From contig NC_043005.1 in NCBI RefSeq assembly GCF_006345805.1, positions 37,758,001 to 37,822,000 on the forward strand: DNA of 64,000 nt, read 5' to 3'. The DNA comes from Octopus sinensis (taxonomy: Eukaryota). Position 1 is the first letter of the stretch. Each line of letters opens with the position of its first letter. The translations under genes were made by a program, and so were the position numbers. The notes under the pieces were generated by a model. That model did no database searches, was not told the origin of the DNA, and worked only from the letters and a program-made list of their open reading frames with translations. Below are positions 52,142 to 64,000 of the stretch, piece by piece.

Positions 52142-52362
52142 TGTGTGTCTTTGAGTCTGTGTTTGTCTCCCCCTCCATCACTTGACAACTGGCATTGATG
52201 TGTTTACATCCCTGTAATTTAGCAATTCAGCTAAAGAGACCAATAGAATAAATACCAGGCTTAAAAGGAAAATAAGTACTGGGGTTGAATTCTTCAGCTA
52301 AAAGGCTCTTTAAGGTGGTGCTCCAGCATGACCATAGTCAAATAACTGAAACAAATAAAAGA
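52142..52362 (+). mobile_element. SINE family A right half (partner of 51055-51218)
   Basis: gtgtttgtctccccctcc..cttgacaactgg..ggtggtgctccagcatgaccatagtcaaataactgaaac. Confidence 0.8.
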
Positions 52363-52433
52363 ATGAAAGGGTAAAGAGTATGTGTCTAAATAGCAATTTC
52401 AGTATTTCCTCTTAGAAATTTAAACATTTTACT

Positions 52434-52475
52434 CTTAACATACTAATACTTCATCCTAAGTATTAGTATGTTAAG
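52434..52475. repeat. Perfect 18-bp inverted repeat with 6-nt loop
   Basis: cttaacatactaatactt-catcct-aagtattagtatgttaag. Confidence 0.95.
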
Positions 52476-53320
52476 CATTAGTTTTTCCCATAACATAGAA
52501 GAAGACAAAGAAAAAATTTTCAGCAACGAGTAACTGCTAGTAGATGGGTGTCTGACTTAAATTAACATAAATTAAAATCGTTCTCAAAGCAAGTATTGTG
52601 TACTTCAGTTTTATCACTTTAAGAAATGTCACCTGATTGATAAATTATTCTTTACAATAAATCTCTGCCACGAAGTTGTCTTTTCTCTATCTCTTCTACT
52701 ATTATTATTATAATGACCTCTGTTATTCAGAATGTACTGATTGCATGCAATCTTCACTTAATGTACTAACCCTTCTGCATCTCTCTATATACAACGTTCT
52801 TTACTTCTTTTCATTATCTTTCTTTAAACATCAAGTCAAACATTGCATTCAGTTATTATTTCTAAGAATTACTGCTCTGTGGAACTTAAATTTGAAATAA
52901 TATTACAAGCTTCTATTCAGTAACTTCCAGTTCTTTTAATTCCTTATTAACTAACACAATATTTTCAATCATTGTGTACTGATTTATGGCACCAAAGATC
53001 TTCCATATTTTACACATAACTCTTCTGTACTTTGGACATAATGGTACAAAGAATACAGATTATAAAAGAAAAATAAATCCAAATTGAGACAATAGGAGTG
53101 GGGGCTACTTTTCCAGCAAGTATTGACATGTATAGAACGTGTAAACAAGTTGTGGGAATCAGAAAGGTAAAATCAAATCAAATAATAATGATATACACAG
53201 AAGGTTTCATGAAAGAGAGTACAAGTGAAATGAAGTAAAGACAGATAGGTATTGCATATTGTATGGAACAGTTGATTTTCTCCTAAAGACTTGTAAATAT
53301 GCATTGGGATTCATGTAGAG

Positions 53321-53640
53321 CAATGGTTCTCTATTGAGGTCCATATAAGATTTTGTGGGGTCCATGTAACAAAATAGTAAATTGGGGATCCACAATAGTA
53401 TTTTAAGGACCCCTGAAAAAATTTTGCTTCAGATGTATGTATTACAAGAAGCAGCTCGGTTTCTTTCTCCATCAATTTACGTAGTTAAACCTATAAAAGG
53501 GATCATGTGAAAAATAAAATAGGAATTTTAAAAGACATTTCTTTAAAACTAGTTTTTAAACATTGAATGACTAAGGGGGGTCCACCAGAATGAAATAGCA
53601 ATCAAAAGGAGCTGTAGATGAGAAATAGTTGAGAACATCT
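53321..53640. mobile_element. Degenerate hAT-like MITE
   Basis: Ends caatggttctc... and ...gttgagaacatct resemble CAGTGGTTCTCAA/TTGAGAACCACTG hAT termini; no clear 8-bp TSD. Confidence 0.4.
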
Positions 53641-54311
53641 CATAAGCCAGTGGTGAAGAGTTGAAACAGATGTAGGCTAAGAAAATATGAAACTAAGCCA
53701 GCTGGTTGGGACTTGTTAAAATCAAAGGTTACAAATATATGACACAGTATTAGGCTCAAAGAAAACATTTGTAGACTTATCAAACCCATGTTATGATCAT
53801 TGTTATTGCAAAGCATAACAAAACGTACTTAGAATGTGCATTTTTTATAGTTTTTGCTATACATTGTTTTTTCATTAGTTTCCTTCTTGAAACATTTCAA
53901 AAAACAGTACAAAGCTGTATCACTGGAATTAAAACAGTAATAATATTTAAAAACTGAGCTTTAGAATTCTTACACAATACATATTGTGTAAGAATTAAAG
54001 ATTGAAAATTAAATACATTGTTGTTAATTTTTTTAGATCTTTTATATTTTTACATTAGCACAACAACTTTTCATTTACTAACGAAAATAAGTGCACAGTT
54101 AATTATTGCTACAATGAGCAACCATAATTGGAGCATGGAAACAGATTCTGATTATAAGTTTTTGAGAACTTTTTGTAATATTTACAATCATTGCACAACA
54201 GATTAGCTCAATAATGCAGGGTTTCTTTTCTGTCTGAGATTCAAATTTTTGTGTTTACATTTCACAATAAGTCTCAGCCGCACTGCTTTAATACTGTGTG
54301 TATATATGTGT

Positions 54312-54344
<33 letters not shown>

Positions 54345-54742
54345 ATGCATACATGTGCTCATGAGTGTCAGATTGTCTGTATGTATATGAATACATGTGT
54401 ACATGCTTGCATACATGCTTACATACATATACAAAGATACATGTGTGTGGTCAGGATTTAGATAAAAACTGTTTATTGAGCTTTTATCCATTTCAGGGAT
54501 TCACAAGGAATCCTTTCAACTGAAAGGGATGAAAGCATTAAACATAGTTTTTATCCAAATCCTGAGTACCTCCTCTTTTCTTTGTATATAAAATTTGTAC
54601 ACTACTTCAAACAATCTATACATTCATACATGTATATATATATATATATAACTAAATATTATCCAGTAATTTTTTACTAGTTTTATTTTGTCTTTTTATC
54701 TTCTCTCCTTGTGCTATAATTTTAATATATATATATATATAG

Positions 54743-55895
54743 AACCATCCGAACGTGGCCGTAGCCAGTTCCGCATCGACCGGCCTCCGTGCTGTGGGCA
54801 CGTAACAAACACCATCCGATCATGGCCGTTCGCCAGCCTCATCTGGCACCTGTGTCGTGGCACATAAAAACCACCTTCCGAAGACCCGCAAGACTAGTCA
54901 GTCCACCTGTGATACCTTCCTTCCTTCTTGTGACACTTGTGAAGACAAAATAGATGAACATCAATGGAATTTGTATCTTGTGGTACCAGTGCCTGTGGCC
55001 ACAAGAATCCATCAGTGCCGTAGTCAGTGCGGTGGGCACATGACAAACACCATCCGATCGTGGCCGTTCGCCAGCCTCATCTAGCACCTGTGTCGGTGGC
55101 ACATAAAAACACCATCCGAAGACCCGGCAAGACTAGTCAGGCCATAACCCATGGCCCCTATACCTGGGACGTAGTCAGTCACCTGTGCATACCTTCCTTC
55201 TTGTGACACTTGTGAAGACCTGTTGAGGCAAGTGAAAATCAATCAAAATCAATCAAATCAAATCAAAACAAATCAAATAGATGAACATCAATGGAATTTG
55301 TATCTTTGTGGTACCAGTGCCGGTGGCACGTGGCACATAAGAAAACATCCGAACGTGGCCGTAGCCAGTACCGCATCGACTGGCCTCCGTGCTGTGGGCA
55401 CGTAACAAGCACCATCCGATCGTGGCCGTTTGCCAGCCTCATCTGGCACCTGTGTCGGTGGCACATAAAAACACCATCCGAGCGTGGCCGTCTGCCAGCC
55501 TCGTCTGGCACCTGTGTCGGTGGCACATAAAAACACCATCCGAGCGTGGCTGTCTGCCAGCCTCGTCTGGCACCTGTGTCGGTGGCACATAAAAAACACC
55601 ATCCGAGCGTGGCCGTCTGCCAGCCTCGTCTGGCACCTGTGTCGGTGCACATAAAAAACACCATCGAGCGTAGCCGTTTGTCAGCCTCGTCTGGCACCTG
55701 TGTCGGTGGCACATAAAATCACCCACTAACACTCTCGGAGTGGTTGGCGTTAGGAAGGGCATCCAGCTGTAGAAACACTGCCAGATCTGACTGGACTGGT
55801 GCAGCTTTCGGGCTCCCCAGACCCCAGTTGAACCGTCCAACCCATGCTAGCATGGAAAGCGGACGTTAAATGATGATGATGATGATGATGATGAT
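54743..55895 (+). mobile_element. Young RTE 3'UTR copy with expanded 62-bp tandem array and duplicated 5' block
   Basis: 62-bp units at 55472, 55534, ~55597, ~55659; CpG-rich; intact tail gcggacgttaaa(tga)n. Confidence 0.9.
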
Positions 55896-56361
55896 ACATA
55901 TATATATGTGATGGACTCTCTCATTGGTTTCAACATATGAGGATCCAACAATCTATATTTTCTTTATCAGTTGCAATGCTTATGTCAAACATGACACTTG
56001 ACTCCCAACATTTTATGTAACCTCAGATGCCAAAAAAATTTATAAACTTAGAAAATATTGTGGTAAAATTTTCCAATTGTTGAATCATTCATTATAGTTG
56101 AATCTCAGCTAAATACTGTTAACTCCCAATATTTTCTTCACAAAGATCTCCAATGGACAACTCCTCTATATAGACAAATAATCAAACCCTCCACATAACA
56201 AACCATTTAGTTAAGAATACTCCCAGATATAGTTCTGATCTCTCTTTCAATGAGTCCATTTTCAAAAATATTTCACAATTCTATAATGATGTGCTAACAT
56301 GAAGTGGGGTCACTGGAAAATTACATCATGGTCCCAGAAAATACACAATGATAGAAATCGA

Positions 56362-56625
56362 GACAAGTGTCTTCTACCAAAGTTTTGTGAGTGGATTTAA
56401 TTGATAGAAACTGAAAAAAAATCCTATTGTGTGTGTGTGTGTCTGCTTGAGAAACATTGTTAGTTTGTTTCACATCCCTTAACCTAGCAATTTAAGAAAT
56501 GAGACCAAGTGAATAAGGCTTTAAAGAAATAAGTACTATGGTTGATATGTTTGATTAAAATTCTTCAAGGCATGACCAGTCATGACCACAGTCCAATAAC
56601 TAAAACAAGTAAAAGATATAAAAGA
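56362..56625 (+). mobile_element. SINE family A, degenerate
   Basis: gtgagtggattt..gaaactgaaa; catgaccacagtccaataactaaaacaagtaaaaga. Confidence 0.6.
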
Positions 56626-56710
56626 AATGATATACACACATGCACACACACATACAGACTTATGCACATATATATATATATATATATATAATAAATAATA
56701 ATAAATGTGC

Positions 56711-56948
56711 CCTTTTAAAGCCTAGCCAGGCTCATAGGCCTGGTTTTCCGGTTTGTATGGTGTATGTGTTCCCCAGCTGGACAGGATGCCAGTCCATTGC
56801 AGCATTACTCACTTTTGCCAGCTGAGTGGACTGAAGTAATGTGAAATGAAGTGTTTTGCTCAAGAACACAATGCATCGCTTGTCAAGGAATTGAAACCAC
56901 AATCTTACGATCATGGTGCTGACACCCTAACCACTAAGCCATGTGCCT
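56711..56948 (-). mobile_element. SINE family G, well preserved
   Basis: Reverse complement of 41730-41945 (tttgccagctgagtggactg..gctcaagaacacaatgc..ccctaaccactaagccatgtg). Confidence 0.8.
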
Positions 56949-57813
56949 CCATATATATATATAAATGCACACACTCAAACATACAATTATATATACATAC
57001 ACACACACAAATATATTCGCACAGAATTGAGCTAATATATGCACTGCATTTAGAGAATGTTCTTTCGCAGTTGTTTCATTCATTTTTTTCTTTCTGTTAA
57101 TTATCAATTACTTCCAAACTGAAAGATCTTGTTAACATCAGATTTTATTAAAAACAAGTTAGTCTTCTTTCCTTTTATCTGGTCCTTCGTGTATAAACAC
57201 GACAGCAAAATCTACAACAACTATATTTTATTACAAGTATTCATTTAGTCCATTTGATTTCGCAATTTATTTGATTGTTTATGGATCTGAAGTTTTATTT
57301 TATATTTTCTTTACAGTTCAATTTAAAACATTTCCTTTTTTTATATTTCTGTTATGATGATAAGTACTCTTAACAATGCAATAAAAATGCAATTAAAATG
57401 ATGGTGGTGATAATGACGATGATGACACAGTTCAGTTGTCTGGGTAGGTCTTATAGTTCTAGGAACCCAATGCTAACCTTATATGCAGGGGCTACCCCAT
57501 AATATATATCCTAGGAAAATCTATTGTCTTCCTATTCCTCACACTTTCCATTGTGTTGTTGCATTTATTGAACTCTAAACGCAAAATAAGCTGAATATGC
57601 TCCTTTGTCACTTCCATTATAGCTTTGAAAAAATAATTGTTAAAAATCGAACTGCTCTCTTCAAAACTTGCACTAAGAATAAGGACAAGGTAAAGTTACT
57701 AACTGCTTTTATAGCAAAAATATGCAGGTAGCTTATCCTGTCCCCCTCCAGCTATTAGTTCATGCAATTGAAAAACAGCATTATTTATGAGATGATCCCA
57801 TATACATACATAC

Positions 57814-57848
<35 letters not shown>

Positions 57849-57994
57849 CTTGTTTACACACATATGATGGGCTTCTTCCCTGCTAGTTCTTCAACAGTTA
57901 TAATGGGATTTTGTTCTACCAGGTTTGCAGGATGTCCTCATTGAGCTCTGCAGATCTTCCAAGAAGAAGCTCATTTATTAGACTCCAATTACAA

Positions 57995-58375
57995 GGCCTT
58001 GGTTGACCCAGAGCCATAGTAGCTGACACAAAAATACTTGCCCAAGGTGCTCTGCAGTTGGAATGAACTCCAAACCATGTTGTTCAGAAGCAAACTTAAA
58101 CTGACACCCATGTCTGCACTGGTTGTATTTTCGTGAAATAACATAGACCTAGATATATACACCTGTGTGTGTGTGTGTGTGTGTGGTGTGTTTAGGTGTA
58201 AGGCCAACACTTAACATACCCATACTTGACTGGTACGTAGTTTCAATTTTATCAGCTCCCGTGAGATATAAAGCAAAGTTGACCTCCGTAGAATTTGAAC
58301 TCAGAGTGCAGAAACTCAAAACAAATACTACAATGCATCATGTTTGACACTGCAAGAACTCTACTGAATACTGCC
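57995..58375 (-). mobile_element. SINE family A left-half fragment (57995-58095) and SINE family C (58215-58375)
   Basis: cttgcccaaggtgc; aaagttgacctccgtagaatttgaactcagag. Confidence 0.6.
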
Positions 58376-58879
58376 CAAATTACCAGAACAACAGAATTAA
58401 CAGAATAATGGTTTATTATATGTCTCGTAAATAATGGTATATTTTATGTCTCATAAATAATCAACCAGTTAACAGTAAATATAAAATTGTGGTCTAAAAT
58501 CAACAACTCACAATTTGTGTGTCTTAATTAATAATTCTTTTTATTTTTCCTCTGGATATATATTCATTTAATTACTATTATAAGAAAGCTGTTACTGTTA
58601 TTGTTATTGCTGCTGGGTTTTCTTTTCTTATTCTCATAGTTTATCTTGCTGCTCTTGTCAGTGTTACTCTTGTTCAGTTGTTTATTAGGTTTGCTATATA
58701 TACTATAACTATGAAACCACAGACATCACCCTCAAGTACATATGACTTGGTAGCTTGTACTGTGCTTTCGTTAATTGTTTTAGTTTCCAACAGATATAGA
58801 TAATCTTTTGGGCCTCCCAGCCCTTGATCCAATGCAAAACTGAGGATATGACAGCTGGAGGGAGAAAAGGCTGCATCAA

Positions 58880-59180
58880 TACTCATATGGTGATTATTTT
58901 CAGTTGAGTATGTTGAAGCAATGTGAAATGAAGTGTCTTGCTGAAGGTCGCAGTGCACAAGCTGATCCAGAAATTGAACCCATGATGTCATGATCAACAG
59001 TTTGTTCAACCACTTAGCTAAACACCTTTACATTACTACTACCATGACTATCATTATTCCTTTCCTCATTACCTTTCATCATTTTGAGCTTGACAAAATA
59101 AGTACCAGTCATGCACTGGGATTGATGTAAATTGACTTACCTGTCCCTCAACATGTGTTCCTATAGTAGAAAGGATTATT
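58880..59180. mobile_element. SINE family G fragment (-, 58880-59030) and family C fragment (+, 59068-59180)
   Basis: gcaatgtgaaatgaagtgtcttgct; ttacctttcatc..aaaataagtaccagt. Confidence 0.55.
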
Positions 59181-59204
59181 TTTAGTTTACATGATATTTT
59201 TTTC

Positions 59205-59595
59205 TTAACTCTTTTGAAACTATTCCACCTGAGATTACTCTTGTTTCTATGATATAAATTTCCTGTTTGAAGATGATTTAAATTAAAAAATGTCAATCAA
59301 AATTTCATAACAATTTATGTTCTAGACAGCAGCTCAATAATGACAAAGTTATTTTACTGAATTTGTCATTTTTATCAAAATTAACTGAAACAAAAGCAGT
59401 ATATTTCCACAGAAACATGGTCACCAGAGGGTTAAGGTGATCTAAATACAATCCTCCCAAAAGTTCATGTTAATTTATGTTCTAAACACCACCTAAATAA
59501 TGAGAAAATTATTTTACTAAATTCCTCATTATTTTCCAAATTAATTAAAACAAAGACAGGGTATTTCTATAGAAATATGGTAACAAAAGGGTTAA
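59205..59595. mobile_element. TTAA-ended MITE family E: full copy 59205-59435 plus tandem partial copy 59436-59595
   Basis: ttaa|ctctttt ... gaggg|ttaa, then a 160-bp repeat of its right part ending aaggg|ttaa. Confidence 0.7.
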
Positions 59596-60529
59596 TCTTT
59601 TTTTCTAGTCCCACATTCATTTTATCTATTTATTATTAAATTTTTATTGAAGTCCAATATATAAATTTAATGACAAAACCAGATTATTTAACAGAAAACA
59701 AACAAACATATAGATTATTTATTGAATAAAATCAATGAAATTGTCCTGAAACACGTACACACTTATCAAACCAATGTGAGATAACAAAGAGAAAAAAATA
59801 ATATACAGAAAAAAAATGCAATAGATAGACGAGAGAGAGAGAGAGGGAGAGAGAGAGAGAGTGTGTGTAAATGAATGAAAGAGAATAAAAGAAAGATGTG
59901 TGGAATTCTACAAAGTAAAAATGTAACATATAAATGTGAAGATCATTTAAAATAAAAGAAAGGAATTTAAGAAACTAAATAAATACATCAGGGTGAAATA
60001 AGAAGACAATAACGAAGCTGAAAGAAACAGAAATAGAAAATAATATTATTAACTCGAAAGAAAACAGCAAAATGATGGGAGATTTTTTTTCTCTATTTTT
60101 TCTTATTTTCTTTTTTATCTTTTGTTAGTGTGAAAGTAATTTTTAATTTTTTTTTTATTTCATTATGCGGTTTTTTTTCTGTTCTTTTCTTTTACAAGTA
60201 AACATAAACATTAAAACTCAGACACCGTGTGTGATGAATCATTTATTTAATAAGTATAGTCATGACAAAAACACAGTGTATATATATATATATATACACA
60301 TATGTATGCATAAATATATGCATATGTGTGAGTGTGTAGGTGTATATACATATATATATATACACACACATACACATATAAGTATACATATATGTATATA
60401 TATATATACCTACACATATATATATATGCATATATACATACATATATATACATATATATATATATACACACATGCACACATATATATATAGACACACATA
60501 TACACACACACACATAAATATATGCATAT

Positions 60530-60925
60530 TCTTTTATTCTTTTACTTGTTTCACTGATTTGACTGTGGCCATGCTGGGGCACTGACTTTTTAGTCAAAGA
60601 AACTGACCCCTGAACTTATTCTTTGTAAGCCTGGTGCTTATTCTATCAGTCTCCTTGCTAAACAGTTAAGTTATGGGGATGTAAACACCAACATCAATTG
60701 TCAAGTGAGATGGTGGGGACAAACACAGATACAAAGACATGCACACACACGCACACACACACACACACATATACGACAGGTTTCTTTCAATTTCCATCTA
60801 CCAAATCCACTCAAGGCTTTTGTCAGCCTAAGGCCATATTAGAAGACCCTTGCCAAGATGACAGGCAGAGGGACTGAACCCAGAACCATGTGGTTGGGAA
60901 GCAAACTTCTTACCGTACAGCCTGT
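60530..60925 (-). mobile_element. SINE family A, full length
   Basis: Reverse complement of 14041-14419. Confidence 0.85.
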
Positions 60926-61228
60926 ATATGTGTGTATATATGTACATTTACACATACACACACACACCTACACACACACACATATATATTATACATATGT
61001 GTGTGTGTATCTTACACACACACACACTCACACACACACATATATATATATATATACATACATATATACACACATAAATATGTGCATGTGTATATGTATT
61101 CATATATATAAGTTTGTGTACATATGTATGTATGTTTATCTATGAAATAGTGTGTATATACATATTTATAAGTGGAATTATGAATATGCATATGCTTGTT
61201 CTCCAATTTTGTCTTTTTGTGTTTGAAG

Positions 61229-61297
<69 letters not shown>

Positions 61298-61563
61298 AAA
61301 GCAAGCAGACAGACAGACAGATTGATTAACATGTATATTTGTGTAACCTAAAATGTATTTAGCTATGTTTTTAAAATTTGGATTGTGAAATTGGGGGGGG
61401 GGCTATTTCATCTACAACCAATATCATGAATTGTGTACACATAAACAATATTCTAAAAATTTCTTCACTCCTCTCAAGATATTTATAAACACTTCATTCA
61501 CATCATGTTTGGTAATACAAGTGAAACCTGTCTAAGTTGGGTGAAAACTAAATTCCATATATA

Positions 61564-61955
61564 TCATCATCATCATCATCAACATGATCATCCACTTTCT
61601 ATGCTGCCATGGATTGTATGGTTTACAGGTGCTGGCAAACCATAGAGCTTCATGGGGTTCCATTCACCTGTTCTGGCATGGTTTCTGTGGCTGGATGCCC
61701 TTCCTAAAGCCAACCACATTACAGAGTATAGTGGGTGCTTTTTATATGTGGCAGCAGCACAGTTGCTTTTTACATGGCACCAGCTCGAGTGCCTTTTGTG
61801 CAGCACTGACATGAGTGTTTTTTATGTGGTACCAACATGGGAGCTTTATATTGTATCATCATCATTTAATGTTTGTGCTCCATGCTGGCAGGGGTGGGAT
61901 GGTTCACAAAATCTGACGTGTCAAAGGACTGTGTTGCATTACAATAGTTTCTACA
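61564..61955 (-). mobile_element. Two degenerate RTE 3' tails (61564-61830, 61855-61955)
   Basis: (CAT)n followed by ggtttctgtggctggatgcccttcctaaagccaaccac; second catcatcatttaatg..ccatgctggc. Confidence 0.65.
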
Positions 61956-63612
61956 GTTACATGCTCTTCTTAATGAAATCCAATTTATATTGGCTTCTTT
62001 TTTCATGACACCTGCACTAGTAAGGCTACTAAGTAACTCGCAAGATAAGACCCATTGACTGAATGGGGTTGCAGTATTGAGCAAGATGTTGAGAAACAAA
62101 AGTATGTTAGAGGGGCCAAAAGAAGTGTTTTGCTATAGAGGAGATAAGTGACTATTCCAGCTGGCAAAAGAGAAAAGGTGGGGGAGATAAGGGGTCTAGA
62201 TATAATCCCAAGGTACAAGATGGTAGATAAAGAGAGAATAAAGGAAAAGAATTAAGGATGGTTGGCTGGGTAGGGTTGTGAGAGTGTGAAAGAAATGTTA
62301 CAGATGGTTAGAGATGTGGATGGAAGTGAATGCAGGGACCAGTGGAATTGATGAGGAATAGGGAGACAGTGTGAAGTGTGTGAGAGAGAGGGAGACAGAC
62401 AGACAAATAGATGCACACACAGACACACACACATACATGCACACATGGAAGACAGAGGTACTTAGCAGTAGATATAATGGGCGATAAATAAAGTTTGGAG
62501 GGCCATTATTGGCAGATGTGAGTGGGTATTTAAAGGAAAATGAAGTGGTAAGGTATGATGTTGAGAATGTTGGATGGTTGACTAAAGGAAGTGGTTGAAA
62601 GGAGAGGAATAACTGGCAGCACAAAGTGGGGATGAAATATGCATAGTTCTGCTCTTACATAATTACAGCATCTGATGAAATAGTGCCATAGTTAGAAGGG
62701 TGAAGAAGGAATAGGTGTGTGTGTGTGTGTGTGTGCATATGCATGTATAACATTGTAATAAGGGTGCTGCACTTACAATTGTGACACTGTAGTTTTGATT
62801 TCCAAGCCAAGCAGTACATTGTGTTCAAAGCAAAACACTTTATCTCATTTCTCTGCAACCACTTCAACATTTGATGTGTGGCCATTGTACACCTGTACAG
62901 ACAAGGCCAATTTGATGGAGGGAGTGTGCTAATGTACAGCACAAACATTTGATCACTATAAACAAATCATCTGCATGGGTTATTCAGCAGTAAGTTGCAG
63001 AACCCTCGTCTGTCATTCACAACAGCAGAGTCTGCCATATGTAGTATATACATACATATACACACACAGCAAAATGAATTCACTTATAAACAATACGATA
63101 TATTTCATTGGATTGAAAATTCCATGAATGGTGAGTGGGGAGTAGTCAGTTTCCAGCAGAACTTGAATCGCTCATTTTCTCTAATCCTGAGAGACTTAAA
63201 CCAAATTACTCTAAGCAGCCATCTTCTTTGTATCATCAAACTGAATGTCTTATTCTTGCCTGTGAGTAACCCTGAATACATTTGGTATATAGAAGAAAGA
63301 TGGATGTTGCTTTAGTATAATTGGGGGTTTATTTGTCTGAGTTAGAGAAAATGCCTGATTTGATTCTTGCAAATAATGGCTTTCTCACTTTATCTATTCA
63401 AGGGTGTTTTAATTCAATGTATTATAATATTATTAATCATAATGTATTATCATGTTATTGTTAATAGATACTAATTTATCTATTCCTCAAAGCTTCTATA
63501 TTTGCATTCTAAATGTCACTATACTTTTAGTTTTATTCTAAATACACAATTATGAGTCATATAGGAATACTCTAAATATGATTTATTTTTACCTAGACAC
63601 ACTTGCCTTCCT

Positions 63613-63839
63613 TTAACCCATTAGTATATAAATCAACCATATCTCATTCAAATATTCTACCTGTTTTATGTTTAAAATGGCCAAATCTTGCCCCTCCCAC
63701 CTACCCTGCAGTATCATTATAAAGTTAAACAATCACATCTTTGAAATCTCAAAGCTACAAAATAATTCATGATTAATTCAAAACAATGTGAATAAATAAG
63801 CATTACATCTGACAGAGATGTCTGATGCTAAAGGGTTAA
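63613..63839. mobile_element. TTAA-flanked MITE family F
   Basis: ttaa|cccattag ... gctaaaggg|ttaa; homologous to 32648-32873. Confidence 0.75.
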
Positions 63840-64000
63840 TGATAACTGGAATTATTTTTAGTTAAATCAATACTATTAAAATACTGGTATTTCATTGACA
63901 AATCAATGTTATGTATATGGTTGACTCCTGGCAGCATTGAACTAAATACAATGATTGATTTAAATTTTCTGTCTACTATTTGTACAACTTTTAAAAATGA

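Noticed and set aside
55223-55840. Repetitive ORFs (MCHRHRCQ.., CATDTGARR.., PPTQVPDEAG..) as a repeat protein
   Set aside because: They arise from the 62-bp tandem unit cycling through frames in a LINE 3'UTR.
58640-58803. Hydrophobic + strand frame after a polypyrimidine acceptor
   Set aside because: T-rich composition explains the hydrophobicity; no independent support.
2641-61332. Dozens of ORFs rich in IY, HT, CV, LL or II runs
   Set aside because: They are translations of (TA)n, (CA)n, (TG)n and (TTA)n microsatellites, with no domain signal.

Overview
AT-rich, CpG-depleted, microsatellite-dense eukaryotic DNA. The repeat families (tRNA-headed SINEs, RTE tails ending in (GAT)n) look like those of octopus/coleoid genomes; the species is an inference from recognition, not a search. 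The only well-supported host coding sequence is one 180-nt phase 1-1 exon encoding a complete sushi/CCP domain (15841-16020, +). The rest reads as intronic or intergenic DNA. It holds a young 5'-truncated CR1 LINE, RTE LINE fragments with a tandem-repeat-bearing 3'UTR, an R4/Dong-like remnant, a Tc1 remnant, a zinc-knuckle ORF1 remnant, three SINE families, TTAA-flanked and hAT-like MITEs, and many (TA)n/(CA)n/(TTA)n tracts. Almost all ORFs in the supplied track are microsatellite or antisense artefacts. The most unusual locus is 36.3-38.3 kb. There, two same-strand minimal type I hammerhead-ribozyme-like motifs of the Penelope-associated kind lie 1469 nt apart and bracket a CCHC ORF1 fragment. 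The locus also has a 109-bp inverted repeat pair and a 55-bp CpG-rich insert between 15-bp direct repeats. Repeat boundaries were read by eye and are approximate (about +/-20 bp) unless stated to the base.
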